The translations under genes were made by a program, and so were the position numbers. From NCBI GenBank assembly GCA_013288015.1, contig JABDCR010000006.1, positions 7,752 to 71,751 on the forward strand: 64,000 nucleotides of DNA, given 5' to 3'. Numbering within the stretch: position 1 is the first letter of the stretch; each line of letters starts with the position of its first letter. Shown here in pieces: positions 48,792 through 59,313 of this stretch. The notes under the pieces were generated by a model. That model was not told the origin of the DNA, searched no databases, and was given only the letters and a program-made list of their open reading frames with translations. This DNA comes from Bacteroidota bacterium. Lineage in GTDB: Bacteria; Bacteroidota; Bacteroidia; B-17B0; Aurantibacillaceae.

Positions 48792-49142
48792 ATGTCACAT
48801 AACGAAGAACATCATCACGAATCACCAAAACGAGTTTATTTTGGAATCCCTTTTGCATTTGCTTTTGTATTTTGGTTTATCATCTTTCTTTCAATGAAAG
48901 CTTGCGATGGACCTAAAAATGGATGCTGCAAAGAAGGTGCAGAATGCTCAAAAGAGTGTAAATCAAAATGCGAAGCCGAAGGAAAAACTGATTGTGCTCA
49001 TAAAGAGGGCGCAGAAGGCACTGTAAATGAAGATAAAAAAGAAACTACTACTGCTACTGAAGAGAAAAAAGAAGGCACTCCTACTGAAGAAAAGGTGGAA
49101 AAACCAAACGAGGAAAAACCTGCTGCAGAAGAGAAGCATTAA
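48792..49142 (+). CDS. Small His/Cys-rich membrane-anchored protein
   Basis: HNEEHHHE, one TM helix, CDG..NGCC...C...C...C...C, acidic tail. Confidence 0.65.
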   Translation: MSHNEEHHHESPKRVYFGIPFAFAFVFWFIIFLSMKACDGPKNGCCKEGAECSKECKSKCEAEGKTDCAHKEGAEGTVNEDKKETTTATEEKKEGTPTEEKVEKPNEEKPAAEEKH

Positions 49143-49163
49143 TATAAATGGTTTACAAAATCT

Positions 49164-49196
49164 AAAAAAGCTCTTCAGGTACGAAGGGCTTTTTTT
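49164..49196 (+). terminator. Intrinsic terminator after the cox genes
   Basis: AAAAAAGCTCTTC...GAAGGGCTTTTTTT. Confidence 0.75.
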
Positions 49197-49280
49197 ATGA
49201 TATATTATAAGAATATAATCTAAAAAATAACCCGTACACAAGCAATTTTAGTATGTTTGTATAGTTTGATAAGGCAAAAA

Positions 49281-50564
49281 ATGGAAGTAAAAACTACAGG
49301 TGAAATAAGAAAAGTTTCTAAACTGGCACAAAATATTATTGGTTCAGAAATAATAAAACTGGCAGCTGAAGTAAACGAAAAAATTAAAAACGGACAACAC
49401 GTTTATAATTTTACCATTGGCGATTTTAATCCGAAAATATTTCCAATTCCTGCTGAATTAAAGCAAGCCATTATCGATGAATATTTAGCAGATGAAACTA
49501 ATTACCCTGCGGCAGACGGTATGTTACCATTACGTCAGGCGGTTTCTACGCTTTTAAAAGAAAGAGGCGGCTTAGATTATGCAACAGATGAAATTTTAAT
49601 AGCAGCGGGTGCACGCCCTGTTATTTATTCTATTTTCCGCACTCTGGTTGATGAAGGTGATACCGTTATTTTTCCTGTTCCGTCGTGGAATAACAACCAC
49701 TACAGTTATTTAAATCATGCTAAACAAGTTATGATTGATGCCGGGCCTGAAAGCAATTTTATGCCAACGGCCGAACATATAAAACCACACATTAAAGGCG
49801 CAAGTTTGCTTGCTTTATGCTCTCCACAAAATCCTACTGGTACGGTGTTTACTAAAGAGGGTTTAACGGACATTTGCGATTTAGTTTTAGAAGAAAATAA
49901 ACGCAGAGGCGAAAATGAAAAACCTTTGTACCTAATGTACGATCAAATATATTGGGCACTTACATATGGAGATACCAAACATTACAACCCGGTATCGCTT
50001 CGCCCTGAAATGAAGAAATATACTGTGTTTGTAGATGGCATCTCTAAATCGCTTGCCGCAACAGGCGTACGTGTAGGTTGGAGTATGGGGCCAAAATTGG
50101 TAATCGATAAAATGAAATCGTTATTAAACCACATTGGTGCTTGGGCTCCTAAAGCTGAACAATTAGCTACAGCTAAATATTTGTCGGATTTAAAACGTTA
50201 CGATTTATTTTTAACCGGACAAAAAAAACAATTACATCAACGCTTAGATGGTTTTTATAAAGGCTTTATGAAATTGAAAGCAGAAGGTTTTAAAATAGAC
50301 GCTATAGTTCCTCAAGCAGCTATTTACTTAACCGTTCAGTTTTCTTTGCATGGCATGAAAACACAAAATGGTGATGTATTGGAAACTACAAAAGATGTTA
50401 CCAAATATATTTTAGATGAAGCAAGTGTTGCCATAGTTCCTTTCTATGCATTTGGTGCTGATGTAAATTCGAATTGGTACCGCCTAAGTGTAGGTACTTG
50501 CAAAATGGAAGATGTTGAGGGAGTAATTTCTAATTTAAGAAACGCATTAAAAAAATTAGCCTAG
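49281..50564 (+). CDS. PLP-dependent aminotransferase class I/II
   Basis: CSPQNPTG, YDQIY, GISKSLAATGVRVGW; start placed after TATGTTTG box at 49252-49259. Confidence 0.9.
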   Translation: MEVKTTGEIRKVSKLAQNIIGSEIIKLAAEVNEKIKNGQHVYNFTIGDFNPKIFPIPAELKQAIIDEYLADETNYPAADGMLPLRQAVSTLLKERGGLDYATDEILIAAGARPVIYSIFRTLVDEGDTVIFPVPSWNNNHYSYLNHAKQVMIDAGPESNFMPTAEHIKPHIKGASLLALCSPQNPTGTVFTKEGLTDICDLVLEENKRRGENEKPLYLMYDQIYWALTYGDTKHYNPVSLRPEMKKYTVFVDGISKSLAATGVRVGWSMGPKLVIDKMKSLLNHIGAWAPKAEQLATAKYLSDLKRYDLFLTGQKKQLHQRLDGFYKGFMKLKAEGFKIDAIVPQAAIYLTVQFSLHGMKTQNGDVLETTKDVTKYILDEASVAIVPFYAFGADVNSNWYRLSVGTCKMEDVEGVISNLRNALKKLA

Positions 50565-50574
50565 TGGTTTTCTA

Positions 50575-51663
50575 ATGAAAAATCTTTATTGCATAATAAT
50601 GGCAGGCGGTGTAGGTAGCCGTTTTTGGCCAATGAGTAAAACGGCAAAACCCAAACAATTTTTAGATGTATTGGGTACCGGCGAAACTTTGTTGCAAAAC
50701 ACCGCTCATCGTTTCTCTAAACTTTGTGCACCCGAAAATATTTATGTAGTTACATCAGAACAATATAAAGATTTGGTAGCCGAGCAACTTCCAAAAATTC
50801 CGAAAGAAAATATTTTATTAGAACCTGCACGTAAAAACACGGCACCTTGCGTGGCTTATGCATCATATAAAATTCATAAAAAAAACCCAAATGCCGTTAC
50901 GGTAGTAGCACCTAGCGACCATTTAATTACAAAAGAAGATGTTTTTTTAAAAGCGGTAAAATCTTGCTATAGTAAAGCTAAAGCTGAGGATTGCTTACTT
51001 ACTATTGGCATAAAACCAACGCGCCCTGATACCGGTTATGGATATATACAGTTTGTAGAATCGCCTACCGAGGAAAAAGATGATCGCATAAAAAAAGTAA
51101 AAACATTTACTGAAAAGCCTGACGCTGAAATGGCCAACTTTTTTATGAAGAGTGGTGATTTTTTGTGGAACGCGGGTATTTTTATTTGGAGTACAAAAAG
51201 CATTATAAATGCAATAGAGCAGCATGAACCCGAGTTAGCTGCTTTGTTTAGAGATGAAGATAATATATATAACACAGCTAAAGAAATTGATTTTATAAAA
51301 AACGCCTACGTATCGTGTAAAAACATCTCTATTGATTACGCGGTAATGGAGCGAGCCAAAAATGTATACGTACGTGCGTCTATTATTGGGTGGAGTGATT
51401 TAGGTACTTGGGGCAGTTTATACGAGCACATTAAACACGATAAAAACCATAATGCAGTAGTAGGTAAAAACACCATGTTGTACGATACCAAAAACTGTAT
51501 TATAAATGTGCCGAAAGATAAATTGGTTTTGATACAAGGTTTGGAAGATTATATTGTTGTTGAATCTGATGGCATTCTGCTTATTTGTAAAAAGCAGGAT
51601 GAACAACAAATACGCAATTTTGTAAACGATGTAAAAGTGAAAAAAGGCGAAAAATTCGTTTAA
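50575..51663 (+). CDS. manC: Mannose-1-phosphate guanylyltransferase
   Basis: MAGGVGSRFWPMS, PKQF, KNTAP, FTEKP, WNAGIF, ISIDYAVME, WSDLGTW. Confidence 0.92.
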   Translation: MKNLYCIIMAGGVGSRFWPMSKTAKPKQFLDVLGTGETLLQNTAHRFSKLCAPENIYVVTSEQYKDLVAEQLPKIPKENILLEPARKNTAPCVAYASYKIHKKNPNAVTVVAPSDHLITKEDVFLKAVKSCYSKAKAEDCLLTIGIKPTRPDTGYGYIQFVESPTEEKDDRIKKVKTFTEKPDAEMANFFMKSGDFLWNAGIFIWSTKSIINAIEQHEPELAALFRDEDNIYNTAKEIDFIKNAYVSCKNISIDYAVMERAKNVYVRASIIGWSDLGTWGSLYEHIKHDKNHNAVVGKNTMLYDTKNCIINVPKDKLVLIQGLEDYIVVESDGILLICKKQDEQQIRNFVNDVKVKKGEKFV

Positions 51664-52430
51664 TGTTTGTTGACACACACACGCATCTTTACTCCGAAGA
51701 ATTTACTGCTGATATTGATGAGGCTATAAAAAAAGCCATTGATGCTGGGGTTGAAAAATTCTTCCTTCCTAATATAGATTCTTCTTCTGTTGACGGAATG
51801 CATTATTTGTGTGAAAAGTATCCGCAATATTGTTTCCCTATGATGGGCTTGCATCCTTGTTCAGTTAAAGAAGACTATAAAGAGGAATTAGCTATTGCTT
51901 ATAATTATTTGCAGACAAAAAAATATGTTGCCATTGGTGAAATTGGTATAGACTTATATTGGGATAAAACTTTTTACACCCAACAAGTTGAAGCTTTTGA
52001 GCAGCAAATAAATTGGGCGTTGGAATTTAATTTGCCCATCGTAATTCATTGCAGAAATTCTTTCGAGGAAATTTATGAAGTGCTTTGTAGTTTTAAAAAA
52101 TTACCCAAAGGCATTTTTCATTGCTTTAGTGGAAATGAAGAGCAAGCGAAAAAAATTATAGACAATACAGGGTTTAAACTGGGCATTGGTGGCGTTATAA
52201 CATTTAAAAATAGCGGACTGGATAGAGCCGTTGAAAACATAGATTTAACACACCTTGTTTTGGAGACTGATTCGCCTTATTTGGCACCTGTGCCATATCG
52301 TGGTAAAAGAAACCAGTCGGCTTACATTCCTTTAATTGCTGCAAAAATTGCTGATATAAAAAAATGTTCGTTACTTGAAGTAGCTACTTCAACAACAGCT
52401 AACGCAAAAGAAATTTTTGGATGGTTGTAA
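51663..52430 (+). CDS. tatD: TatD family DNase
   Basis: DTHTH, GLHP, IGEIGID, IHCR, FHCFSG, LETDSPY. Confidence 0.92.
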   Translation: MFVDTHTHLYSEEFTADIDEAIKKAIDAGVEKFFLPNIDSSSVDGMHYLCEKYPQYCFPMMGLHPCSVKEDYKEELAIAYNYLQTKKYVAIGEIGIDLYWDKTFYTQQVEAFEQQINWALEFNLPIVIHCRNSFEEIYEVLCSFKKLPKGIFHCFSGNEEQAKKIIDNTGFKLGIGGVITFKNSGLDRAVENIDLTHLVLETDSPYLAPVPYRGKRNQSAYIPLIAAKIADIKKCSLLEVATSTTANAKEIFGWL

Positions 52431-52433
52431 GCT

Positions 52434-53807
52434 TTATTTTTTATACGTACCGTACTTATCAAGCAAATAAATAAACGAATTAATAGTAGCCGCACCTAAC
52501 TCTAACTCACGTTTGTTTACATGTTCAAATGTATCATCTGCTGTATGATGGATATCAAAATAACGTTGTGAGTCTGGTTCTAAACTGAATTGTGGTACGC
52601 CTAATTTTATTAACTCACCTATATCAGTACCGCCATAACCTTGTTTTATAAATACGTAATAAGGCTCAAAAAGAGGTTGCCATTTTTTATAATAAAGCAG
52701 CGTATCTTTTTTTGCCTCAATCCCAATAGCTTTTGGGGTAAAGCCCCCCATATCACTTTCTAAGGCCGCAACGTGTTTTTTATTTTCTTTGGCTGCCATA
52801 GCTGCGTAACTTTTTCCGCCGCGTGTTCCATTCTCTTCGTTCATATAGGCAACAGCACGTATGGTACGTTTGTTTTTAATGCCTGATTTTTTAAATCCGG
52901 AAATTACTTCTATGCTTTGCGCAACACCAGCACCATCATCATGCGCACCTTCACCTAAATCCCAACTATCAAGATGTCCGCCAACAACAATTACTTCGTT
53001 AGGAATTTCATTTCCACGAATTTCACCAACCACACTATACGAAGGCTCATCGGGTAATGTTTTGCAATCAGAAAACAAATACAATTCAAGATTTTTATTT
53101 TGAGTAAGTAAGGCACTTAATTTTTTTGCACCTGTAACACTAATAGCAAATGCAGGGATTTTTTGCGACACTAAACTATCATATTTCATTGTGCCGGTAT
53201 GTGGAAAATCGTTATCCGCCGTACTCATCGATTTTGTGATGGATGCAACAGCCCCATATTTTGCTGCCATTGATGCACCACTTCTATACTTAACAACTTT
53301 ACCATAGGCTCCTCCGGTGTGTATAAACGTTTTATCAAACGAAACATTATAAAAAACAATGTTGCCTTTTATTTTTTCTGAACCCATTTTTTCTAGCTCT
53401 TCAAACGATGATACTTCAATTACCTTTGCAGTAATGCCTTGTGTTGGTGTTGCTACCGAACTGCCTAAGGCGCAAACAGAAAATGATTCTAACCCGTTTT
53501 TTGAATTACCGCTTACATAACATTTCTCTTTTGTTCCGCGCACCCAATGTGGTACCATACAGGGTACTAAATAAACGGTATCCGCTCCCGCTTGTATCAT
53601 AGCTTGTTTAGTCCAGGTAACAGCTTTTTCAGCTTGTTTACTTCCGCTTAAACGAGCACCCACATCTTTACATAAACTATGCAAATTGTTGTATGATTTG
53701 CTTTCGGTTAAATGGTACGAATAAATTTTTCGGATAGTAAGAGAATCTATATTTTCCTGAGCAAATAAAATATTTACAAGAAAAAAAAACGGTATAAAAA
53801 TTCTCAT
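52434..53807 (-). CDS. M28 family peptidase (carboxypeptidase Q-like, PA domain)
   Basis: GARLSGS, GGHLDSWD, AHDDGAG, NEENG, ESDMG, YFDIHHTADD. Confidence 0.88.
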   Translation of the reverse strand: MRIFIPFFFLVNILFAQENIDSLTIRKIYSYHLTESKSYNNLHSLCKDVGARLSGSKQAEKAVTWTKQAMIQAGADTVYLVPCMVPHWVRGTKEKCYVSGNSKNGLESFSVCALGSSVATPTQGITAKVIEVSSFEELEKMGSEKIKGNIVFYNVSFDKTFIHTGGAYGKVVKYRSGASMAAKYGAVASITKSMSTADNDFPHTGTMKYDSLVSQKIPAFAISVTGAKKLSALLTQNKNLELYLFSDCKTLPDEPSYSVVGEIRGNEIPNEVIVVGGHLDSWDLGEGAHDDGAGVAQSIEVISGFKKSGIKNKRTIRAVAYMNEENGTRGGKSYAAMAAKENKKHVAALESDMGGFTPKAIGIEAKKDTLLYYKKWQPLFEPYYVFIKQGYGGTDIGELIKLGVPQFSLEPDSQRYFDIHHTADDTFEHVNKRELELGAATINSFIYLLDKYGTYKK

Positions 53808-53824
53808 GATTAAGCTAAAATCTA

Positions 53825-54754
53825 CTAGAATTTAGCCCTTACTTTACGCGATTTCTTTCTGCTTTTCTTAAAGAAAAAAGAACCATATCTGCTTCTATAA
53901 AAACTACCGTGCCCACGTATTACATAGCTGTAATTAAGGCTCATGGTCATGTAAGTATCATTATGTTTAGAGTCTCCTCGTTTATTAGCAGGATTAGCCT
54001 GAGTTGCATTATATCCAAAATTATTTAAAAAAGCTTGGTCGCCTCCGGCAGTTTGTAAATTGGAACGATTAGCCAAAGCAGCTCCTTCCGGACTAAGTGT
54101 AGCCGGGTTTACATATTTCCTACTTACATCATCTAAATAATCGGTAAAGGTTATGCGCCAGTTATACTCAAAGCCAATACGGTGTTTTTTTCTAATAGTA
54201 AAATAAAAGCCGGTACCTAAAGGGACAACACCTTGCCATAAACTATAATTTACATTTTCTGTATGCAAAGGCTGCAGGGCAACCCAATCACCTTCATAAT
54301 AAGTTTTTGGGTTATGGTGCATAATGCCTATCCCGGCAAAAACATAAAAGTTAAAAGACAGCTTAAAACGGTAGCTAGACCCTAAGTCTTGATTTTCGTA
54401 AATAGTTAGCTGTGGAGTAGCACTTAATTCAAATATATCGTTCCTAAAGCTAAGATTACGAGCATGACGAGCAGGGTTAGTAGACAGAGAATCAGCACCT
54501 TGTATGCGTTGATAAGCAAATTGTGCACGTAAAGATAGTTTTGGATTAAATTTGTAACGCACAAAACCAGCCCCGGCCCAACGGGTTTCAGCTAACTTCA
54601 TATCACTTACAAAATCTCGACGAGATTTATCTTTACCGCCGATATCGCCCAAATAGTTAGATGCACCAAGCTGAAAGCCATAATCCCAACGGTACTGAGC
54701 AACAGCCAAGCTACTTAGAAGTATAGAGAATATAAATAACCTAAATCGCATCAA
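53825..54754 (-). CDS. Outer-membrane beta-barrel protein (DUF6089-like)
   Basis: Signal peptide, GASNYLGDIG, RNLSFRNDIFE, R.TFTDYLDDVS, C-terminal Phe. Confidence 0.75.
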   Translation of the reverse strand: MMRFRLFIFSILLSSLAVAQYRWDYGFQLGASNYLGDIGGKDKSRRDFVSDMKLAETRWAGAGFVRYKFNPKLSLRAQFAYQRIQGADSLSTNPARHARNLSFRNDIFELSATPQLTIYENQDLGSSYRFKLSFNFYVFAGIGIMHHNPKTYYEGDWVALQPLHTENVNYSLWQGVVPLGTGFYFTIRKKHRIGFEYNWRITFTDYLDDVSRKYVNPATLSPEGAALANRSNLQTAGGDQAFLNNFGYNATQANPANKRGDSKHNDTYMTMSLNYSYVIRGHGSFYRSRYGSFFFKKSRKKSRKVRAKF

Positions 54755-54825
54755 TTTTAATTAGCTTACAAATATAATTAAATTTCTATTTTAGCCAAGA
54801 ATAGTATTGCACATTTTTATTTTTT

Positions 54826-55776
54826 ATGGAAAACGTAATTTGTAGGTTATTTAAAGTAAAATATCCCATTGTACAGGGCGGAATGATTTGGTGTAGTGGC
54901 TGGCGATTGGCCTCGGCGGTTAGCAATGCAGGTGGTTTGGGTCTTATTGGTAGCGGAAGCATGTATCCTGAGGTGCTTAGAGAGCATATTCAAAAATGTA
55001 AACAGGCAACTAATAAGCCTTTTGGGGTAAATGTTCCACTTCTTTATCCTGATATTGAGAAATTAATGGGAATTATTGTGGAAGAAGGGGTCAAAATTGT
55101 ATTTACATCAGCTGGAAACCCTAAAACGTGGACCCAACACTTAAAAAAACAAGGCATAACGGTTGTGCATGCGGTTTCTAACATAAAATTTGCCTTAAAA
55201 TGTCAGGAAGCAGGAGTAGACGCTATTGTTGCAGAGGGGTTTGAGGCGGGAGGGCATAACGGACGAGAAGAAACTACTACTTTGGTTTTAATTCCTATGG
55301 TTAAAAAAGCTATACAAGTACCCTTAATTGCTGCCGGTGGTATAGGCTCGGGCGAGGCTATGGCGGCGGCTTTTTGCCTTGGTGCAGATGGTGTACAAAT
55401 TGGTAGTTTGTTTGCCGCTACGCAAGAATCGTCGGCTCACCAAAACTTTAAGGAGGCCATTGTAAAATCTGCCGAAGGCGATACACAACTTACTTTAAAG
55501 CAACTCACTCCTGTACGCTTGATTAAAAATAAATTTTTTAAAGAAGTAGATGCGGCTGAAAAACGTGCCGCTACTATAGAAGAATTAGAAAAATTGTTAG
55601 GTAGGGCACGAGCTAAAAAAGGCATGTTTGAAGGCGATTTGGATGAAGGTGAATTAGAAATTGGTCAGGTTAGCGGTGCTATAAAAGAAATAAAATCTGC
55701 CGCACAAGTAATTAGTGAACTGGTTGCCGATTTTAAAAAAGCGCAGCAAAATCTTGCTACTTTTGCTTTTGATTAA
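54826..55776 (+). CDS. Nitronate monooxygenase / FabK-like enoyl-ACP reductase family flavoprotein
   Basis: YPIVQGGM, AVSNAGGLG, EGFEAGGH, IAAGGI, GADGVQIGS. Confidence 0.88.
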   Translation: MENVICRLFKVKYPIVQGGMIWCSGWRLASAVSNAGGLGLIGSGSMYPEVLREHIQKCKQATNKPFGVNVPLLYPDIEKLMGIIVEEGVKIVFTSAGNPKTWTQHLKKQGITVVHAVSNIKFALKCQEAGVDAIVAEGFEAGGHNGREETTTLVLIPMVKKAIQVPLIAAGGIGSGEAMAAAFCLGADGVQIGSLFAATQESSAHQNFKEAIVKSAEGDTQLTLKQLTPVRLIKNKFFKEVDAAEKRAATIEELEKLLGRARAKKGMFEGDLDEGELEIGQVSGAIKEIKSAAQVISELVADFKKAQQNLATFAFD

Positions 55777-55845
55777 AGTTTAAAAATTTACGCTTTTAAT
55801 TGTTTCTGAATCTTGATTACTTTTTGCGAAAAACATAAGGATAAA

Positions 55846-57057
55846 ATGCGTAAAAAACCTCAACGTAAGTTGTATGGTAACTACACGTTTACTTTTTACG
55901 AAAGTATGATTGAGGTTGATAAAACCGCTTGGAATGAAGTGCTTTTGGGCACCAACTTTTTTTTAACTACAGATTATTTACAGCTTATAGAAAATTTACA
56001 CAAACCGCAAATAGCACATCGTTATGCAATTGTTTACCAACATAAAAAACCTGTTTTTATATGTTGTTTCCAAGTAATTGATTTTACGGCAGATGTGTTT
56101 GGTGAATTGGTAGAATCTCAAATAACCGACCTAACGTCTAACCGATTAAAGTTGTTCGATAAATATATCGATAAGTACAAAGACCATGTAGTTATGCGTG
56201 TAGTTACTTGTGGGAATAATTTTGTTAGTGGAGAACATTGCTTTGCTTATTCTAAAAAAATAAATAGAGAAGATGCGTTTTTTGTTTTAGAAAAAATAAG
56301 CAACGTGGTATCGAAAGAAGAAAAATTACGTGGCACTATTTCAGCAACATTGATAAAAGATTTTTATGCCGACCGTTTACCAAAAACCAAAACACTAGAG
56401 GAAAATAAATTTATTGAGTTTATAGTAGAGCCTAACATGGCCATTGAAATACCTGAAAAATTAGTTGATTTGAATGATTATGTTGCATTGTATTCTAAAA
56501 AATACAGAAACCGTGCGAAAAATATTTTTAAAGATGGGGCACAAATAACTAAAAAAAATTTGCTTCTAGAAGAAATAAAAACGCACCAAAAGCAATTATA
56601 TAAACTATATGAAAACGTGTTTATGCACGCAAAATTTAAGTTAGTAAAACTTGCTGAAAACTATTTTTATGAAATGAAAAATAATTTTTCCGACTCCTTT
56701 TTTGTTACGGGTTATTTTTTAGAAAACGAGTTAGTTGGCTTTGATTCAGGTTATTATTTGTCGGATGATCTCTTGGAGGCTCACTATATAGGTGTAGATT
56801 ACGAGGTTAATAAAGAACACGAACTTTATCAAAACATATTATACCATTTTATTGAACTGGCAATTACACACAAAAAAAAGCATCTTAATTTAGGAAGAAC
56901 AGCTTCTGAAATTAAAAGCACGGTAGGTGCAAAAGCGCATCAGTTGGTTTGTTATATAAAACCACAAAACACTGTTAGTAAAGTAGTTTTAAATCCGTTT
57001 ATAAGCTTTTTACAACCTACCGAGTGGGTGCCGAGAAACCCTTTTAAGGAAGATTAG
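55846..57057 (+). CDS. GNAT/FemAB-like acyltransferase-fold protein
   Basis: GNNFVSGEH, EPNM, KKYRNR, AHYIG.DY, LYQNILY, GRTASEIKSTVGA. Confidence 0.65.
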   Translation: MRKKPQRKLYGNYTFTFYESMIEVDKTAWNEVLLGTNFFLTTDYLQLIENLHKPQIAHRYAIVYQHKKPVFICCFQVIDFTADVFGELVESQITDLTSNRLKLFDKYIDKYKDHVVMRVVTCGNNFVSGEHCFAYSKKINREDAFFVLEKISNVVSKEEKLRGTISATLIKDFYADRLPKTKTLEENKFIEFIVEPNMAIEIPEKLVDLNDYVALYSKKYRNRAKNIFKDGAQITKKNLLLEEIKTHQKQLYKLYENVFMHAKFKLVKLAENYFYEMKNNFSDSFFVTGYFLENELVGFDSGYYLSDDLLEAHYIGVDYEVNKEHELYQNILYHFIELAITHKKKHLNLGRTASEIKSTVGAKAHQLVCYIKPQNTVSKVVLNPFISFLQPTEWVPRNPFKED

Positions 57058-57122
57058 CCTATAAAAAATAAATCTTGCTTTATTTAAACTAATTATTATT
57101 TTTGTTCAGAATTTTCCGAGTT

Positions 57123-57674
57123 ATGATGTTAGACCTGTTTGATTTTTACGACAAAATGGAGCGCAATAATATATTGCTCTCTTTTAAAGGTGACATCACT
57201 TCTGACTTGTTAACGTCTATTTTGCAGATAATGGAAAGCAAAATGGATAATTTTCAGGAAGAACCAAAAACAAAGAAAAAAGTATATAATGTTTTAGTTG
57301 AATGTCTGCAAAATTTGTACCATCATATGGATGAGGCGCCTGTAGATAGTGGTGAGTATGGCCGTTCGGCTATTTTTATGATAGGTAAATTGGACGGTGC
57401 TTACAATGTAATTACAGGTAACTACATTTTAAATGAAAATGTGTCAGGCTTAAAAAGCAGATTAGATGAGGTTAACTCATTATCAAAAGACGAATTAAAA
57501 GAATATTATAAACAGATATTAAATAACGGAGAAATGTCGCTTAAAGGCGGTGGTGGATTAGGGATGGTTGATATAGCTCGCAAAACGGGGCAAAAACTAC
57601 ACTATACCTTTCAACCAATCGACGAAAAAGTTTCATTTTTTAGTTTAAATATAAAAGTAACGCTAAACCAATAA
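57123..57674 (+). CDS. siaB: SiaB family protein kinase
   Basis: LVECLQNLYHH, TGN.I, KGGGGLGMVDIARKTG. Confidence 0.8.
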   Translation: MMLDLFDFYDKMERNNILLSFKGDITSDLLTSILQIMESKMDNFQEEPKTKKKVYNVLVECLQNLYHHMDEAPVDSGEYGRSAIFMIGKLDGAYNVITGNYILNENVSGLKSRLDEVNSLSKDELKEYYKQILNNGEMSLKGGGGLGMVDIARKTGQKLHYTFQPIDEKVSFFSLNIKVTLNQ

Positions 57675-57684
57675 TAACGCAGCT

Positions 57685-58065
57685 ATGGAAAAGTTCACTC
57701 TTGACGGAACACCAAAAACACCCACCATTAATTTCGATTTAGGAAGTGGTGTATTAGAAATTAAAGGTCGCTCTATCCCTGAAAACTCAATTGAGTTTTA
57801 CAAACCATTAGTAGACAACCTTGAAAAATACGGATTAAGCCCAAAACCGGCAACAACTGTAAATGTACAACTTGAGTATTTTAATACAAGTTCATCTAAA
57901 TGTATTTTAGATGTATTTAAAAAATTAGAAGCTATACATAAAGGTGGTAGTTCAGTTACTATCAACTGGCATTATGAAGAAGATGATGAAGATATGTTAG
58001 AGGCTGGCGAAGATTATCAAGCTATCATTAGCGTGCCATTTAAAATGGTACAAGTAGCTGAGTAA
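57685..58065 (+). CDS. siaC: SiaC (DUF1987) family phospho-switch protein
   Basis: T.KTP.I.FD, GRSIPEN..EFY, LEYFNTSSSKC, W.YEEDDEDMLEAGEDY. Confidence 0.85.
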   Translation: MEKFTLDGTPKTPTINFDLGSGVLEIKGRSIPENSIEFYKPLVDNLEKYGLSPKPATTVNVQLEYFNTSSSKCILDVFKKLEAIHKGGSSVTINWHYEEDDEDMLEAGEDYQAIISVPFKMVQVAE

Positions 58066-58087
58066 TTTTTCTTTTAAGATTAATTAT

Positions 58088-58123
58088 AAAACACCTAACA
58101 CTTTATGTGATTAGGTGTTTTTT
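58088..58123. terminator. Bidirectional intrinsic terminator
   Basis: AAAACACCTAA...TTAGGTGTTTTTT between convergent genes. Confidence 0.75.
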
Positions 58124-58146
58124 ATTTTATAAAAAATAGCGTGAGA

Positions 58147-59313
58147 TTATTTTCCGGAGGTTCTTTTTAAAACCTCTTTTAGTATTTCTTTGTCGGCATC
58201 TGTCAAAGTAATTCCTCTTCTATCCATTACTCGTTCTGCTACTTCAAATGCCTTTGCAATTTCATATTTTTCAAGCTTATCTGCTCCTCCCCATGAGAAT
58301 GATGGAACGTGTGTGGCAGGAAACCCTCCTCCAAAAATATTTGCATTTACACCCACAACTGTACCTGTATTAAGCATTGTGTTAATGCCTGTTTTGCTAT
58401 GGTCACCCATAATTAGGCCGCAAAATTGCAAGCCAGTGCTAATCATTTTGTGTTGTTTATAATTGTATGCTTTTACCTCAGCGTAATTATTTTTAAGATT
58501 AGAGTTATTAGTATCAGCTCCTAAATTGCACCACTCGGCTATAACAGAATTTCCTAAAAAGCCATCATGGCCTTTATTGCTGTAACCAAAAATCACAGAG
58601 TTATTTATTTCGCCACCTACTTTACTGTGCGGGCCAATAGTTGTTGGACCATATATTTTTGCACCCATTTTTACTTCGCTATGTTCACATAAAGCAAAGC
58701 CACCGCGAATTAAACAACCCTCCATAATCACAGTATCTTTACCAATGTAAACTGAACCGCCTTGCGTATTAAAAATTGCACATTCAACACTTGCCCCACT
58801 TTCAATAAAAATTTTGCCTTTACCAATAACCTTATTGCTTTTAGAAAGTGGTTTTGATTTTTTTCCTTTCGTAATAAGCGTAAAATCAAGCTCTAATTCT
58901 TTACCATTATTTTTAAAAATATCCCAAGGAAAATTAAGTATAACGCCATTTGCTTTAGATTGGATTTTATCAAAATCTATAAACGATTCGTTGGGGTTAG
59001 ATGTGCAATAAGCCAATAAAACCTCATTTTTATATAAAGCCTGCGAAGGTTTTAGCTTATTTATTTCTTTAACTAAGCCATCGTCAGGACAAACCCTGCC
59101 ATTAACATAAATAGTAGCTTGTTTTTCATTAGCATGATAGGGAAATTTTTCAGCCAAATAGATAGGACAGATATATGAAAAATCTTTTTTTAAACGCAGC
59201 TCCCATTTTTCTTTAATAGTTAAAATTCCAATGCGTATTTCACAAGCAGGGCGCGTAAATGTTAGGGGTAATAAATCGCTCCATTGGGCATCATCAAAAA
59301 AAACATAATTCAT
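58147..59313 (-). CDS. GlmU-like putative sugar nucleotidyltransferase with hexapeptide repeats
   Basis: LLPLTFTRP..EIRIGILTI, NKGHDGFLGNS, NLGADTNNSNLKN; start taken at MNYVFF. Confidence 0.85.
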   Translation of the reverse strand: MNYVFFDDAQWSDLLPLTFTRPACEIRIGILTIKEKWELRLKKDFSYICPIYLAEKFPYHANEKQATIYVNGRVCPDDGLVKEINKLKPSQALYKNEVLLAYCTSNPNESFIDFDKIQSKANGVILNFPWDIFKNNGKELELDFTLITKGKKSKPLSKSNKVIGKGKIFIESGASVECAIFNTQGGSVYIGKDTVIMEGCLIRGGFALCEHSEVKMGAKIYGPTTIGPHSKVGGEINNSVIFGYSNKGHDGFLGNSVIAEWCNLGADTNNSNLKNNYAEVKAYNYKQHKMISTGLQFCGLIMGDHSKTGINTMLNTGTVVGVNANIFGGGFPATHVPSFSWGGADKLEKYEIAKAFEVAERVMDRRGITLTDADKEILKEVLKRTSGK

